Positions 1 through 8,284 of a stretch of 64,000 nucleotides of DNA are shown piece after piece. The position numbers were made by a program, and so were the translations under genes. This stretch comes from a virus: IMG/VR virus record IMGVR_UViG_3300045988_050655, one strand, 5' to 3'. The notes under the pieces were generated by a model. That model worked only from the letters and a program-made list of their open reading frames with translations, was not told the DNA's origin and did not search any database. How positions within the stretch are numbered: the stretch's first letter is position 1; each line of letters opens with the position of its first letter.

Positions 1-189
1 AGCAGAGTCGCCCGATGAGCCAATCTGAGCAGAGTAGCCCGATGAGCCAATCTTAGCAGAGTCGCCCGATGAGCCAATCTGAGCAGAGTCGCCCGATGAG
101 CCAATCTGAGCAGAGTAGCCCGATGAGCCAATCTTAGCAGAGTCGCCCGATGAGCCAATCTTAGCAGAGTCGCCCGATGAGCCAATCTG
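1..189. repeat. 27-bp perfect-register tandem repeat, 7 copies, array continues past the window edge
   Basis: Unit is agcagagt[c/a]gcccgatgagccaatct[g/t]. Only two positions vary. It encodes the 9-aa repeat of the minus-strand CDS 1-570. Confidence 0.95.
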
Positions 190-570
190 TTTTCTTCGGT
201 CTTCGTTGTCGTTCAACTCACCATCTGTCTTAACTTTAGATGGTGATGTAATATCTTTCAGCCACTCGACACCGATATTAATGATGTCAGCAAGTTTCAA
301 CTCAGCCTTAATCTTGATACGAGAAGAGCATACCTTTGTTGAATTTTCTTCTTTATCAATCTTACCAGACTGTTCTACCTCTGCATAGCGAGAGCTAAGC
401 ATATCGTAGTAGTCCCACACTTCCATTGGAGACTTGCAAGCGTGGAAACCTCGGTTACAACACTTGATTTCTCCGTCCATTTCGTACTCTTTTCCTACTT
501 CGTACTGGAATCCACGGCATTGCATATTCTTATCGAATCCCTTGTACGATGTGATTACATTTTCACTCAT
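1..570 (-). CDS. conserved phage protein with N-terminal KGF..C.GFQYE..GFHAC domain (DUF7666-like, name from memory) and C-terminal 9-aa tandem repeats; 3' end runs off the window
   Basis: Missing from the ORF track because there is no stop in the window. ATG at 570-568. Translation is MSENVITSYKGFDKNMQCRGFQYEVGKEYEMDGEIKCCNRGFHACKSPMEVWDYY..., then (K/Q)IGSSG(D/Y)SA x7. Open and in frame for all 190 codons down to position 1. Confidence 0.7.
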   Translation of the reverse strand, partial: MSENVITSYKGFDKNMQCRGFQYEVGKEYEMDGEIKCCNRGFHACKSPMEVWDYYDMLSSRYAEVEQSGKIDKEENSTKVCSSRIKIKAELKLADIINIGVEWLKDITSPSKVKTDGELNDNEDRRKQIGSSGDSAKIGSSGDSAKIGSSGYSAQIGSSGDSAQIGSSGDSAKIGSSGYSAQIGSSGDSA

Positions 571-659
571 ATTCTATCTATTTATATCCTTTGCAGGATG
601 GTTAATTACTCCTCAACTACTACTGACTTCCAATCTGGATAGCCGCCCAAGTCCTTCTC

Positions 660-764
660 TTATCCACAATTCATTTCAAGCCAGTCTTGCAGACAATCTT
701 TAACTACTTCTCTGTCCTCTGAATCATCATTAGATTCAATGACAACCGTAAACTTATGTTTCAT
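660..764 (-). CDS. small hypothetical protein (34 aa)
   Basis: ATG 764-762, TAA 662-660. MKHKFTVVIESNDDSEDREVVKDCLQDWLEMNCG. Fills a gap in a tightly packed minus-strand operon. Below the ORF-track cutoff. Confidence 0.3.
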   Translation of the reverse strand: MKHKFTVVIESNDDSEDREVVKDCLQDWLEMNCG

Positions 765-790
765 ATTACTTCTATTTATGCCCGAAGGCG

Positions 791-901
791 TTAAACTTCT
801 TCTCTTTTAAGACAAGATTCGGTAAATCCCGACCAGATACAAACTCCACCTCTTGCCTTGCACCATCCATTATTTACTTGGTGCTTACATTTCTGTTCCA
901 T
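791..901 (-). CDS. small Cys-rich hypothetical protein (36 aa)
   Basis: ATG 901-899. MEQKCKHQVNNGWCKARGGVCIWSGFTESCLKREEV. Starts 6 nt after the stop of the upstream gene at 907. Confidence 0.3.
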   Translation of the reverse strand: MEQKCKHQVNNGWCKARGGVCIWSGFTESCLKREEV

Positions 902-906
902 ACGCT

Positions 907-1131
907 TTAATTTCTCATGATATGACACTTAACAACCTTGTTTACTAGATGAGGTCGCGAATTATTGAAATTCTCTATGAACTGGCGTTCCATCTGCTCA
1001 TGGAAGATGGGCTTGGTAGGCTTTGGAATGGTGATGGTAGCTTGGATTTTGCTACCATCACTCAGCGTCATTAAACATCTTTTTTGAATCTGTTCTATTC
1101 CAAACATATTATGTCCTCCTAATATAAGCAT
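907..1131 (-). CDS. hypothetical protein
   Basis: 74-aa ORF. Overlaps the upstream gene end by 13 nt in operon fashion. Confidence 0.5.
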   Translation of the reverse strand: MLILGGHNMFGIEQIQKRCLMTLSDGSKIQATITIPKPTKPIFHEQMERQFIENFNNSRPHLVNKVVKCHIMRN

Positions 1132-1769
1132 CCGTGAAGGTACGGACGAGATTCGTTATACTGCATTTTCAACTTGATGTGTTCAACTAGGTCTATGCCT
1201 TCTATGTGGGCTAGGGCGAAGACCTGAACCAGAATATCCTGCAAGCGCAAGGTGTTCATCCATGCTGGCGAGCAGGAGAAAGGGAAGTAGGTCATGCGAG
1301 TGATGATGAGGTACATGGCATCAGGAAGGGAGTAGGTTCCGTGCTCGAACTCTACCTTGTGATACTCCTCTGTCTTTTTGAGTTCAATATCATTCATCAG
1401 GCATATTATCTTCTGAGAGTTGTAGAATCCCAGAAGCGACATGATGCGGATAGCGATGTCTGCAAACTCAGATTGTACGGTTCCTTCCAAGGATTCCTCG
1501 TAGGCTTGTTCCTCAGATACACCCAGCCACTTGTTGTAGTCTTCAATACTACCATGGCGGTCGTGACGGCTGGCTTGAATGGCTTCGCCCATTTCCGTGA
1601 TGATGAGCATTAACGCTTGGTTGATGTCTAAATCAGACTTATAAAAGCCTTTGGCTTTGGCATTTTCGTATGCCTTGGTCATAAACTGCTTTAGCAGTTG
1701 TTGTGTTAATGGTGTTGCTTCCATATTGTTTTTGAATTTATTGTTTTCTGATAGTGTTTCAATCCACAT
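1119..1769 (-). CDS. MazG-like nucleoside triphosphate pyrophosphohydrolase
   Basis: LMLIITEMGEAIQASR, EFADIAIRIMSL and KMQYNESRPYLHG match the all-alpha NTP-PPase (MazG) metal-binding helices and C-terminal KM.YN..R...HG motif. The start may instead be the ATG at 1724. Confidence 0.65.
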   Translation of the reverse strand: MWIETLSENNKFKNNMEATPLTQQLLKQFMTKAYENAKAKGFYKSDLDINQALMLIITEMGEAIQASRHDRHGSIEDYNKWLGVSEEQAYEESLEGTVQSEFADIAIRIMSLLGFYNSQKIICLMNDIELKKTEEYHKVEFEHGTYSLPDAMYLIITRMTYFPFSCSPAWMNTLRLQDILVQVFALAHIEGIDLVEHIKLKMQYNESRPYLHGCLY

Positions 1770-1776
1770 AGCTAAG

Positions 1777-1989
1777 CTATGACTTGATAGTGAATGCCAT
1801 ATCGTTGAGGGTGCGGCACCAGTTTATCTTGCCTTCTGCGCATAACTCGTTGATGGCATGGTATGGCTGGTGGCATCCTCGGTTGATGATTTCGGCTGTG
1901 AGGACGTGTGGCGGCACGATGTGGGCAGCTTCACGCTCTGCCTGAATCTCAGCGATGATGGCTAGGATTTTTTCTTTCTCTGTCTTCAT
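1777..1989 (-). CDS. hypothetical protein
   Basis: 70-aa ORF in the operon. Confidence 0.45.
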   Translation of the reverse strand: MKTEKEKILAIIAEIQAEREAAHIVPPHVLTAEIINRGCHQPYHAINELCAEGKINWCRTLNDMAFTIKS

Positions 1990-2203
1990 TTGGCGAAGGT
2001 AAGAATGAGACGTGGGTGACTTCGGACTGGAACATTAATTGTTCCCACATTCCGTTTAAGTCTTGCTGATACCACAAGCCATCGTGCATCGTTCCGATGA
2101 TTGGTTTTCCTTTGTACCAGAGTACAATGGTCTTGTGGGTAAAGAGTGCTTTGTGGGCTTTGCTTATTCGCTTGCCTACCTTGATGTAGCCGAATATATC
2201 CAT
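1949..2203 (-). CDS. hypothetical protein
   Basis: 84-aa ORF in the operon. Confidence 0.45.
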   Translation of the reverse strand: MDIFGYIKVGKRISKAHKALFTHKTIVLWYKGKPIIGTMHDGLWYQQDLNGMWEQLMFQSEVTHVSFLPSPNEDRERKNPSHHR

Positions 2204-2205
2204 AA

Positions 2206-2691
2206 CTAGAAGAGTGATAGCTGACCAGTCTTGTCGTGGTAGTGATTACCTGAGGGGAATATCAGTTCCTCGAACATGGCGGTCAGGCAGTTGGTTACTA
2301 TTGAGTTTCCTGCCAGTGCATAGAGTTTGCTCTTGCAGATGATGAGTTGACCAGTCTTCTCCTTGCTCATGAGTTTGTCTATGTCAGCTTCGTGGACTCC
2401 CATCAGTCGGAAACAATCTCTTGGAGTGTACTTTCTGATTTGGATGGAGTATTTCTTTCCGTTGGGAGCGGTATGAATGATTTCTTTACTCATGATTGTT
2501 ACGAATGTCATTGATGATGAATCTATTGTGGTAAGCATGGTAGGGGCGATGCCTTGATATACTTGCTGATTATACAAGTCTAAGACTTGCCCCCCCATAT
2601 CAGGCTTCACCTTCCCTGAAAGGAGCAGGGATTTCATTCTCTTTCCTCCTGTTATCATATCTCTTTGACTATTAAGAATAGTGGGATGCAA
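2206..2691 (-). CDS. C5 cytosine DNA methyltransferase, C-terminal half (TRD plus motifs IX and X)
   Basis: QQVYQGIAPTMLTT (TRD 'PT.T' signature), IRKYTPRDCFRLMGV (motif IX) and YALAGNSIVTNCL (motif X). The track start is TTG. A likelier start is ATG 2658-2656 (or ATG 2637 behind aggaggaaagaga). Confidence 0.8.
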   Translation of the reverse strand: MHPTILNSQRDMITGGKRMKSLLLSGKVKPDMGGQVLDLYNQQVYQGIAPTMLTTIDSSSMTFVTIMSKEIIHTAPNGKKYSIQIRKYTPRDCFRLMGVHEADIDKLMSKEKTGQLIICKSKLYALAGNSIVTNCLTAMFEELIFPSGNHYHDKTGQLSLF

Positions 2692-2816
2692 TTACCTCCG
2701 TGACCCATTGCTGAATTGAGAGTAGGAGAGATTCCCTTGGTGGAATAGACTCTGGTCTGCTGCTCTATTCTGCCTTTGATTTGGAGGTTTGCCAGCTTTA
2801 TAATTTTGTCGCACAT
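2655..2816 (-). CDS. 53-aa mini-ORF encoding an isolated C5-MTase TRD-like cassette
   Basis: MCDKIIKLANLQIKGRIEQQTRVYSTKGISPTLNSAMGHGGNCIPLFLIVKEI. Its TGA (2657-2655) overlaps ATG 2658-2656 of the C-half ORF (ATGA coupling). Confidence 0.35.
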   Translation of the reverse strand: MCDKIIKLANLQIKGRIEQQTRVYSTKGISPTLNSAMGHGGNCIPLFLIVKEI

Positions 2817-3040
2817 TCTTTTATTTTTAAGATAAATGTATTGTGTTCAAAGGAAGCTGTTGTGATGGTTGGTGATATTTTCGTTTTAAATAAACCACCT
2901 TTAAAACTCCCATGTTTGTTTCTGTATATTATCATACTCTTTTTATGATAAGAACTCCACCTTTCGGATAATGAGCGGTTTCTATGAGGTTCATGATGCT
3001 TATCATAGAGAAACTGGCTGTGACTGCTACAGAGCAGCCA
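2798..3040 (-). other. in-frame continuation of the MTase N-half beyond a single TGA, carrying another TRD-like cassette
   Basis: Same frame as 3041-3799. It reads WLLCSSHSQFLYDKHH...GGLFKTKISPTITTASFEHNTFILKIKECATKL, then TAA at 2800-2798. ISPTITT resembles a TRD and KECA..L resembles the start of motif IX. Confidence 0.4.
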
Positions 3041-3799
3041 TCAGCAGTTTTCGGTATTGAAATCTTCGGGGTAGAGTTTTTCGATTGATTCATTGATGTC
3101 TGCTTTACAGAGATACTTTTCTAGGAGTGGCTGAGACATGAAATATTCAGGAGATACATCGTCTTCCAAAATGTCCTCAACCGTAGTCTCTAACTTGATA
3201 GGCGAAGGGAAGTGATACTCTGGGTTCGGCTCGTCTTCTGTGCGTAGGATGGATATTACGAAGATACGCTCACGATTCTGAGGGATTCCGTAATCTTTTG
3301 CATTCAATACTTTGTAGAAAGAAGTGTAGCCGTATGAGTCAAGGTCTCGGATATACTGGAAGAAGTACTTTCTCATTGACTTTGAGAGAAGACCTTTCAC
3401 GTTTTCGAGCATCACATATTTAGGATGCTTGGCTTCCAACATTCTCCTTTCTTGGAAAATAAGAGAAGAACGTGTGCCGCTACCTTCCTCTGCTCCCTTG
3501 CGAAGTCCTGCATTTGAGAAGTCTTGGCAAGGAGAAGACCAACTGATGAAATCGAAGTCGGGAACCTCATTCCAATCAAGAAGGGCGATGTTTCCGTAGT
3601 TCGGGATTTCCCTGCCATGAAGAAGTCTGTAGGCTTGGATGGCAGAAGGTTCTATCTCGGAAAAGCCAACAACCTCGAAGTCGAACTTAGGATGCTTTTC
3701 TTTTAGGTATTTGAAGGCTAGGCTCTGACTGCCATATCCTGCAAAAGCCTCAAAGACTCTGAGGGGATGCTGCTTGTTGTACTTACTGATTTGTATCAT
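3041..3799 (-). CDS. C5 cytosine DNA methyltransferase, N-terminal half (motifs I-VIII)
   Basis: VFEAFAGYGSQ (motif I), SSPCQDFSNAG (IV), VMLENVKGL (VI), PQNRERIFVISI (VIII). The track ORF starts at GTG 3835. ATG 3799 lies 23 nt after the upstream stop. Ends at TGA 3043-3041. Confidence 0.85.
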   Translation of the reverse strand: MIQISKYNKQHPLRVFEAFAGYGSQSLAFKYLKEKHPKFDFEVVGFSEIEPSAIQAYRLLHGREIPNYGNIALLDWNEVPDFDFISWSSPCQDFSNAGLRKGAEEGSGTRSSLIFQERRMLEAKHPKYVMLENVKGLLSKSMRKYFFQYIRDLDSYGYTSFYKVLNAKDYGIPQNRERIFVISILRTEDEPNPEYHFPSPIKLETTVEDILEDDVSPEYFMSQPLLEKYLCKADINESIEKLYPEDFNTENC

Positions 3800-3822
3800 T
3801 GCGGTAAACGGTTTCGTAGATG

Positions 3823-4356
3823 TTACGGATTCCACTGGATACCCAAGCGTTCCAAGGTTCCATTGGCTTGATATATCTCCAACTGCTTTCTACAGAAGCT
3901 CTGAGGGTTCTTTTGGAGAACTTCAATCATTCCGTAGATGCGCTGGCGGAAAGCGTGGTTCTTGTCTTCTTCCGTTATCTGCTGCTCTACCTTGGTCTTG
4001 GCGATGAGTTGGCTGATTTCGGAAGGATTCTCGTTAACGGCTGCTGGCGGTGGTGTGGCTCCGATGAGTTCGTCTTCCCATCCTCGCTGGTTAAGGAAAG
4101 TTTGGAAGTTCTTTCTGTACTGCTTGTCGGGCTGGGAGATTACATAGAGAGGTATGTACTCTATAGCTGCCTTGCGGTCTTTCAGGCTCATGGAGTTCCA
4201 CTTCTTCTCGAGTTTGGATTTGCAGCCCACCTTCTTTTCGTATAGGTTCCATGCTCGCTCAAAGGTATATTCGTCTTTGACTTCCTTGGGAGGAGCAGTT
4301 ACCTTATAGCCATTCTCTTCTAGAAGCTGGATGGCTTGTTTGATTTCATCTGTCAT
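3823..4356 (-). CDS. hypothetical protein (conserved F..AW..Y.KK.G....EKKW... / FLNQRGWEDE pattern)
   Basis: 177-aa ORF. The pattern recalls phage replication-associated helper proteins, but I cannot name a family. Confidence 0.5.
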   Translation of the reverse strand: MTDEIKQAIQLLEENGYKVTAPPKEVKDEYTFERAWNLYEKKVGCKSKLEKKWNSMSLKDRKAAIEYIPLYVISQPDKQYRKNFQTFLNQRGWEDELIGATPPPAAVNENPSEISQLIAKTKVEQQITEEDKNHAFRQRIYGMIEVLQKNPQSFCRKQLEIYQANGTLERLGIQWNP

Positions 4357-4772
4357 AGTTCACCATTTAAATAATTGTCGATTGCTTGGATAAATTCATC
4401 TATAGAGCGGACGATGATGTACTTGCCACCATGTCGTTCTACTTCATACTGGAATACCTTCTGTTCTGGTTCCTGTCTGCCTTTCGGTGTCTTGTTTTCG
4501 ATGCAGAGGAAACCGTACTGGGAGGTGCGCTTCAGGAGCAGCATATCAGATACTCCTGCCTTCATACCTTCCTCTTTCAGCCATGCGGCTTGTCGGGAAG
4601 TTCGCTTGCCGCCATTGGGAACGGCAAAGAAGACTCCTTCAAGGTCAGGATATACCCCACGGATATACCTGACCTCTGCGGCTTGCAAGTTGTGCTCATC
4701 ATAGGATGAACGCTTGCGTATCTTCTTGCCTTCCTGCTGTAGCTTAGCTTTGATTTCAGCGTAGCTTGCCAT
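4353..4772 (-). CDS. VRR-NUC domain nuclease (PD-(D/E)xK)
   Basis: FAVPNGGKRTSRQAAWLKEEGMKAGVSDMLLL...LCIENKTPKGRQEPEQ matches the VRR-NUC D...E.K core. Confidence 0.8.
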   Translation of the reverse strand: MASYAEIKAKLQQEGKKIRKRSSYDEHNLQAAEVRYIRGVYPDLEGVFFAVPNGGKRTSRQAAWLKEEGMKAGVSDMLLLKRTSQYGFLCIENKTPKGRQEPEQKVFQYEVERHGGKYIIVRSIDEFIQAIDNYLNGEL

Positions 4773-5515
4773 TACCAGTCGGTTGAGAAAAGGTCGTTGA
4801 GAGAATCTTTACCCATTAAGCGAATGGCTTCGTCAGCAAGGTCTGCGTTCTTGAAGTAAACGATTCCTTGATTTGTCGTATGGTTAAATGTCACACCATA
4901 AAGTATATCCTTGTAAATATACCAATTTTTACTACCGTCTTTGAAGTTAGGTTTCCAACCACCATTGAGATACTTGGCGATGTTCTGTAACTTGTTGAAG
5001 GCAATAATGCGCTTTGCCTGAGCTTCTGATGTACAGTTGTTTACGTGGCTGTAGCTATTTACCCCTGTTGTTACTGATGAAATAGTGGTATTACCAATAA
5101 AAAATGATTCCTTATTCAAGAATAGCTTTTTGAGAATATCACGATAAGTGATAGGGTTGCCTTCCGCTGCATCAGGAGTCTTCTTCTCGTCTCCTTCAAT
5201 CTTCTTGCGAATCATCGGCTTGCCATCCTCGCTGATGAAGATTTGGAAACCATCAGGAATAGGAATCTCGGTGGCGGAACCATCACCATTGATAATACAA
5301 GAAGACTCTAATAAGTTGTCAGACTGACGGATTCCAGTGTGTGGCTTGTCCTCTGTCTTCTCCTCTGCCTTCTTCATCAAGGCTTCGGTAAACATTCCAG
5401 CACCCTTACCAAGGAGTGCTCCCAGAAGCATCTGGGCGAATGGATTTAACTCTGTGTTGTTGTTGCGCTGACGGCTATTGTGTCTGTTGTTGCGCTTGTC
5501 GTTTCTACGTGTCAT
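4772..5515 (-). CDS. hypothetical protein with basic N-terminus
   Basis: ATG 5515 follows the upstream stop (5517). N-terminus is MTRRNDKRNNRHNSRQRNNN. No recognisable motif. Confidence 0.5.
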   Translation of the reverse strand: MTRRNDKRNNRHNSRQRNNNTELNPFAQMLLGALLGKGAGMFTEALMKKAEEKTEDKPHTGIRQSDNLLESSCIINGDGSATEIPIPDGFQIFISEDGKPMIRKKIEGDEKKTPDAAEGNPITYRDILKKLFLNKESFFIGNTTISSVTTGVNSYSHVNNCTSEAQAKRIIAFNKLQNIAKYLNGGWKPNFKDGSKNWYIYKDILYGVTFNHTTNQGIVYFKNADLADEAIRLMGKDSLNDLFSTDW

Positions 5516-5516
5516 A

Positions 5517-5954
5517 TCAATTATAATTTTGTAAAATGTTATTAAACTCGTCTTCTGTAACACCATTAGCCATGAGGATGGTTAGGATGGTATCAAGACA
5601 TCTACTATATACTTCATTGAAGGCTGGCTCATCCATCTTGGCGAAGGAGATAGACTTGGCTCTCTCCAAGAACTTCTGTCCGTTGAGGTCGTAAAGCGGT
5701 TCGCTGAATCCTGATGTTATCAGAAGCTGCTCACGGAATGTGTCTATTGAGCGGAGGTTGATGCGCTGCTGCTCGGTGAGACTATCCCATGCTGCTCTGA
5801 TAAGGGCGAAGAACTTGCGATGGAACTTTACGTTGCGTGGTCGGACGATATTCGCCTTGACGATGGAACCAACCTTTATCTTTTTCATTTCCTCGTAATC
5901 ATCATCCGTGTAGGGGCGAAGACCAGTGGAGGTTCTTACTAGATGGATTTCCAT
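5517..5954 (-). CDS. DUF1367-like phage protein
   Basis: LRPYTDDDYEEMKKIKVGSIVKANIVRPRNVKFHRKFFALI resembles the DUF1367 N-terminal signature. Confidence 0.5.
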   Translation of the reverse strand: MEIHLVRTSTGLRPYTDDDYEEMKKIKVGSIVKANIVRPRNVKFHRKFFALIRAAWDSLTEQQRINLRSIDTFREQLLITSGFSEPLYDLNGQKFLERAKSISFAKMDEPAFNEVYSRCLDTILTILMANGVTEDEFNNILQNYN

Positions 5955-5964
5955 ACCTTATTTA

Positions 5965-6456
5965 TTACTGATTTGGGGCAGAGAAGGGAAGTCCTTGCTG
6001 CTGACCACCTGCATATTGAGCGTTCTGCTGAATAGGTTGACCGCTTGCATTAACCTGAGGGGGAAAAGCCTGCATCTGCTGCTGGATAGGTGCTGGCTGA
6101 GGTGGATAGTTGGCTGCTTGCTGCTGAGGAACCTGACCTATCTGGCTCTGCATCATCTGTCCCTGCTGCTGGGCATTTGGTCGCTCTACCTTCCAGCAGT
6201 CCAACTGGTTGAACCATCGTCCATCTCTAGACTGATGTGCCTTCAATCCGATGTTTGCGGTGATGATTTCACCAACCTGAATGCCGAACTGCTGAATCTT
6301 GCCTGAACCATAAACTTGGATAACGGCTCTTGAAGGGTACTGCTGATTCAGTTCCTCAATAACGTACTCTACGGAACTCCATTGGGTTCCGCTTTGGCTC
6401 GTTCCCATTTGAACTTGCCCTGCTGCAATAATCTTGCCTGTAAACTTTACGTTCAT
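5965..6456 (-). CDS. DUF3127 OB-fold protein (probable ssDNA-binding) with Q-rich tail
   Basis: KFTGKIIAAGQVQMGTSQSGTQW..EYVIEE..QYP...GRWFNQLDCWKVER is the Bacteroidota DUF3127 pattern. The C-terminus is Q/P-rich. Confidence 0.75.
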   Translation of the reverse strand: MNVKFTGKIIAAGQVQMGTSQSGTQWSSVEYVIEELNQQYPSRAVIQVYGSGKIQQFGIQVGEIITANIGLKAHQSRDGRWFNQLDCWKVERPNAQQQGQMMQSQIGQVPQQQAANYPPQPAPIQQQMQAFPPQVNASGQPIQQNAQYAGGQQQGLPFSAPNQ

Positions 6457-6464
6457 ATCTATAC

Positions 6465-7388
6465 TTAATTAAGTTTGATTCTTATTGACGGCTTTGTGGT
6501 CGTTTCCTTTAGATAGTACTCGTAGTGCTCTGGCTCCGTGTCCTTGAACAGCTTCGTGTCGAAGGTCTTCTTGGTGGTAGCTGCCACATAAGAGTAGGAA
6601 CCGATGTTGGTCTTGATGGATTTCTGCTTGTTGGCTTCCATCATCTTCATTATCTGCTCCTTCAAATCATCCTGCTTGATTTTCAGGGCATCCATACGAG
6701 CGGTTATCAATCTGTACTCCTGCTCTAGTGCCGAGAACTGCTCAGGAACCTCCACCTTATACTGATATTCTGCATCATCAGCGAGATAAGCGTTGATTAA
6801 CTCGTCTATCTGCTCATCTGCTACCCTAGGTAGCGGCTGGAACTTGCTCTGTCCGTTCTTGAACCACATGCAGACAATCTCCTTCACCTTCAAGTCAGGA
6901 TTCTGCTCCTCGAACCATTTGGCATAGATGGATAGCTGGAGAGATACATTGTCGTAGTGGAGGGTGGCGGTGGTCTTGTAATCTACCAGATAGATGTTGC
7001 CTTCGTTGTCGGCAAAGATTCCATCAATGGCAGATGCAAAGTTCTCGCCATCTGTAACTAGATACTCGGATGCTACATAGTGTAAGTCGAATGCGACTAA
7101 CATACTATGGAAGGCAAGAAGCTCTTCCGTAGGATTCGGGTACTGCTTGATGTCTGCATCGAAGATGGAGCAGAAGGTTTCAAACGTGTTGTGGATAAGT
7201 CCTCCTCGCTCTGCTGCCTTCATCAATACCGATTCAGGAATGTTCTTGTAGGTGTCGGGGAAGGCTTTCTTGATGAGCGTTCCAGTTACACCTTTCAGTT
7301 CCTTCTTGCCGATGAAGTACTGATGAGATTCCTCAATGAATGTGACCTTTGGCACATTCAAGGTGATTTTCTTTGTTTCTGCTGTCAT
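6465..7388 (-). CDS. PD-(D/E)xK recombination exonuclease (YqaJ/RecB-like)
   Basis: AIDGIFADNEGNIYLVDYKTT (D...D.K motif). Lies immediately downstream of the annealase gene. Confidence 0.65.
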   Translation of the reverse strand: MTAETKKITLNVPKVTFIEESHQYFIGKKELKGVTGTLIKKAFPDTYKNIPESVLMKAAERGGLIHNTFETFCSIFDADIKQYPNPTEELLAFHSMLVAFDLHYVASEYLVTDGENFASAIDGIFADNEGNIYLVDYKTTATLHYDNVSLQLSIYAKWFEEQNPDLKVKEIVCMWFKNGQSKFQPLPRVADEQIDELINAYLADDAEYQYKVEVPEQFSALEQEYRLITARMDALKIKQDDLKEQIMKMMEANKQKSIKTNIGSYSYVAATTKKTFDTKLFKDTEPEHYEYYLKETTTKPSIRIKLN

Positions 7389-7389
7389 A

Positions 7390-8172
7390 TTATTGTAATC
7401 CTAATTCTTTCTTCTTAGCTGATACTGCTTGCATGAACTGAGGGCTGGCGGTGAGCGGCTTGTATGTCTGAACTACCCATACCAGATTATCCTTGTTGAC
7501 ACATCTACTAAGGTATGCCAATCCTTCGTTCAAGTCATTGGTGTGATACTGGGGTGTTGCTGGCTGCTGGGCGGCTTGTGTTGCCTGAGCGGTTGGATGC
7601 TGAGTCTGCGTCTGCTGCTGCGCTGCTCTACTATCCTGAGCACCATACTTACTATCAATGTCTATGATGTCTTTTCCTGCCTCGAAATAAACGTCTGCTG
7701 CTACACCAAGTGCCTTCATTGCAACCGACAAGGCATCTGTGAGTGCCATCTTGTAGCATTCATCAGATACGTATGCACCTTTGCTTTCCATTGAAACTTC
7801 TGACGAACCTCCTGTTCCTTGGATGGCATCTGACCATTCTCCGTTCACCTTGATAAAGAGGTCGATGTTGCAATAGGCTTTTACCTCGCTTCCGAAAGTC
7901 TCAGTCCACTGCTTGGTGATTACGTACTTCCAACCGATACCGCACACACCAAACTGCTCTGTCATTGCCTTGATGCGCCACATTGGGTTAATGTCGTGCT
8001 TTCCTCTTAGTCTTCCTGACTGAATTTGTCTAAGTGCTTGCTGAGGAACGGATTTGAGTTTGTTGTAATAATCTAAATTACCCATATCTTTATGTATTAA
8101 GTTGTTATTGATACTTCCATTCATAGTGGCTGCATCTGTAGCCACCATCTGGGTTCTTATTCGGATTGTCAC
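7390..8172 (-). CDS. single-strand annealing protein (Rad52/Sak-like)
   Basis: ALRQIQSGRLRGKHDINPMWRIKAMTEQFGVCGIGWKY. Paired with an exonuclease. The start is uncertain (GTG 8172; ATGs at 8148, 8124, 8085). Confidence 0.6.
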   Translation of the reverse strand: MTIRIRTQMVATDAATMNGSINNNLIHKDMGNLDYYNKLKSVPQQALRQIQSGRLRGKHDINPMWRIKAMTEQFGVCGIGWKYVITKQWTETFGSEVKAYCNIDLFIKVNGEWSDAIQGTGGSSEVSMESKGAYVSDECYKMALTDALSVAMKALGVAADVYFEAGKDIIDIDSKYGAQDSRAAQQQTQTQHPTAQATQAAQQPATPQYHTNDLNEGLAYLSRCVNKDNLVWVVQTYKPLTASPQFMQAVSAKKKELGLQ

Positions 8173-8284
8173 ACATGGTCGAGAACAGACAATCGTGACA
8201 ACTGTTTGCTTTATATCTCATATTGTATGGTTTGAAATGTTCAAATTAAAAACCCCACGGTTCTCACGAATGGTGGGGGAGTAA

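Noticed and set aside
1-189. The regular 27-bp repeat array might have been a CRISPR array.
   Set aside because: The units are directly adjacent with no spacers. They are a multiple of 3 and in frame with the upstream minus-strand coding sequence, so this is a coding tandem repeat.
2692-3040. Group I self-splicing intron interrupting the C5-MTase gene. The ~350-nt gap size fits and phage genes often carry such introns.
   Set aside because: The gap encodes two further methyltransferase TRD-like peptide cassettes in open frames. I could not identify P7/P3 or other conserved intron pairings. An intron would not be expected to carry MTase-like coding sequence. Not fully excluded; cmsearch with the Intron_gpI model would settle it.
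3041-3043. Genome-wide TGA-to-Trp (or other) stop-codon recoding, as reported for some gut phages. The MTase frame continues after a TGA.
   Set aside because: All large genes, including the 4,641-aa ORF, TerL, portal and tail fibre, are intact in the standard code. TGA also terminates other well-delimited genes (for example 18405). The only tRNA has anticodon CAU, so it is not a suppressor.
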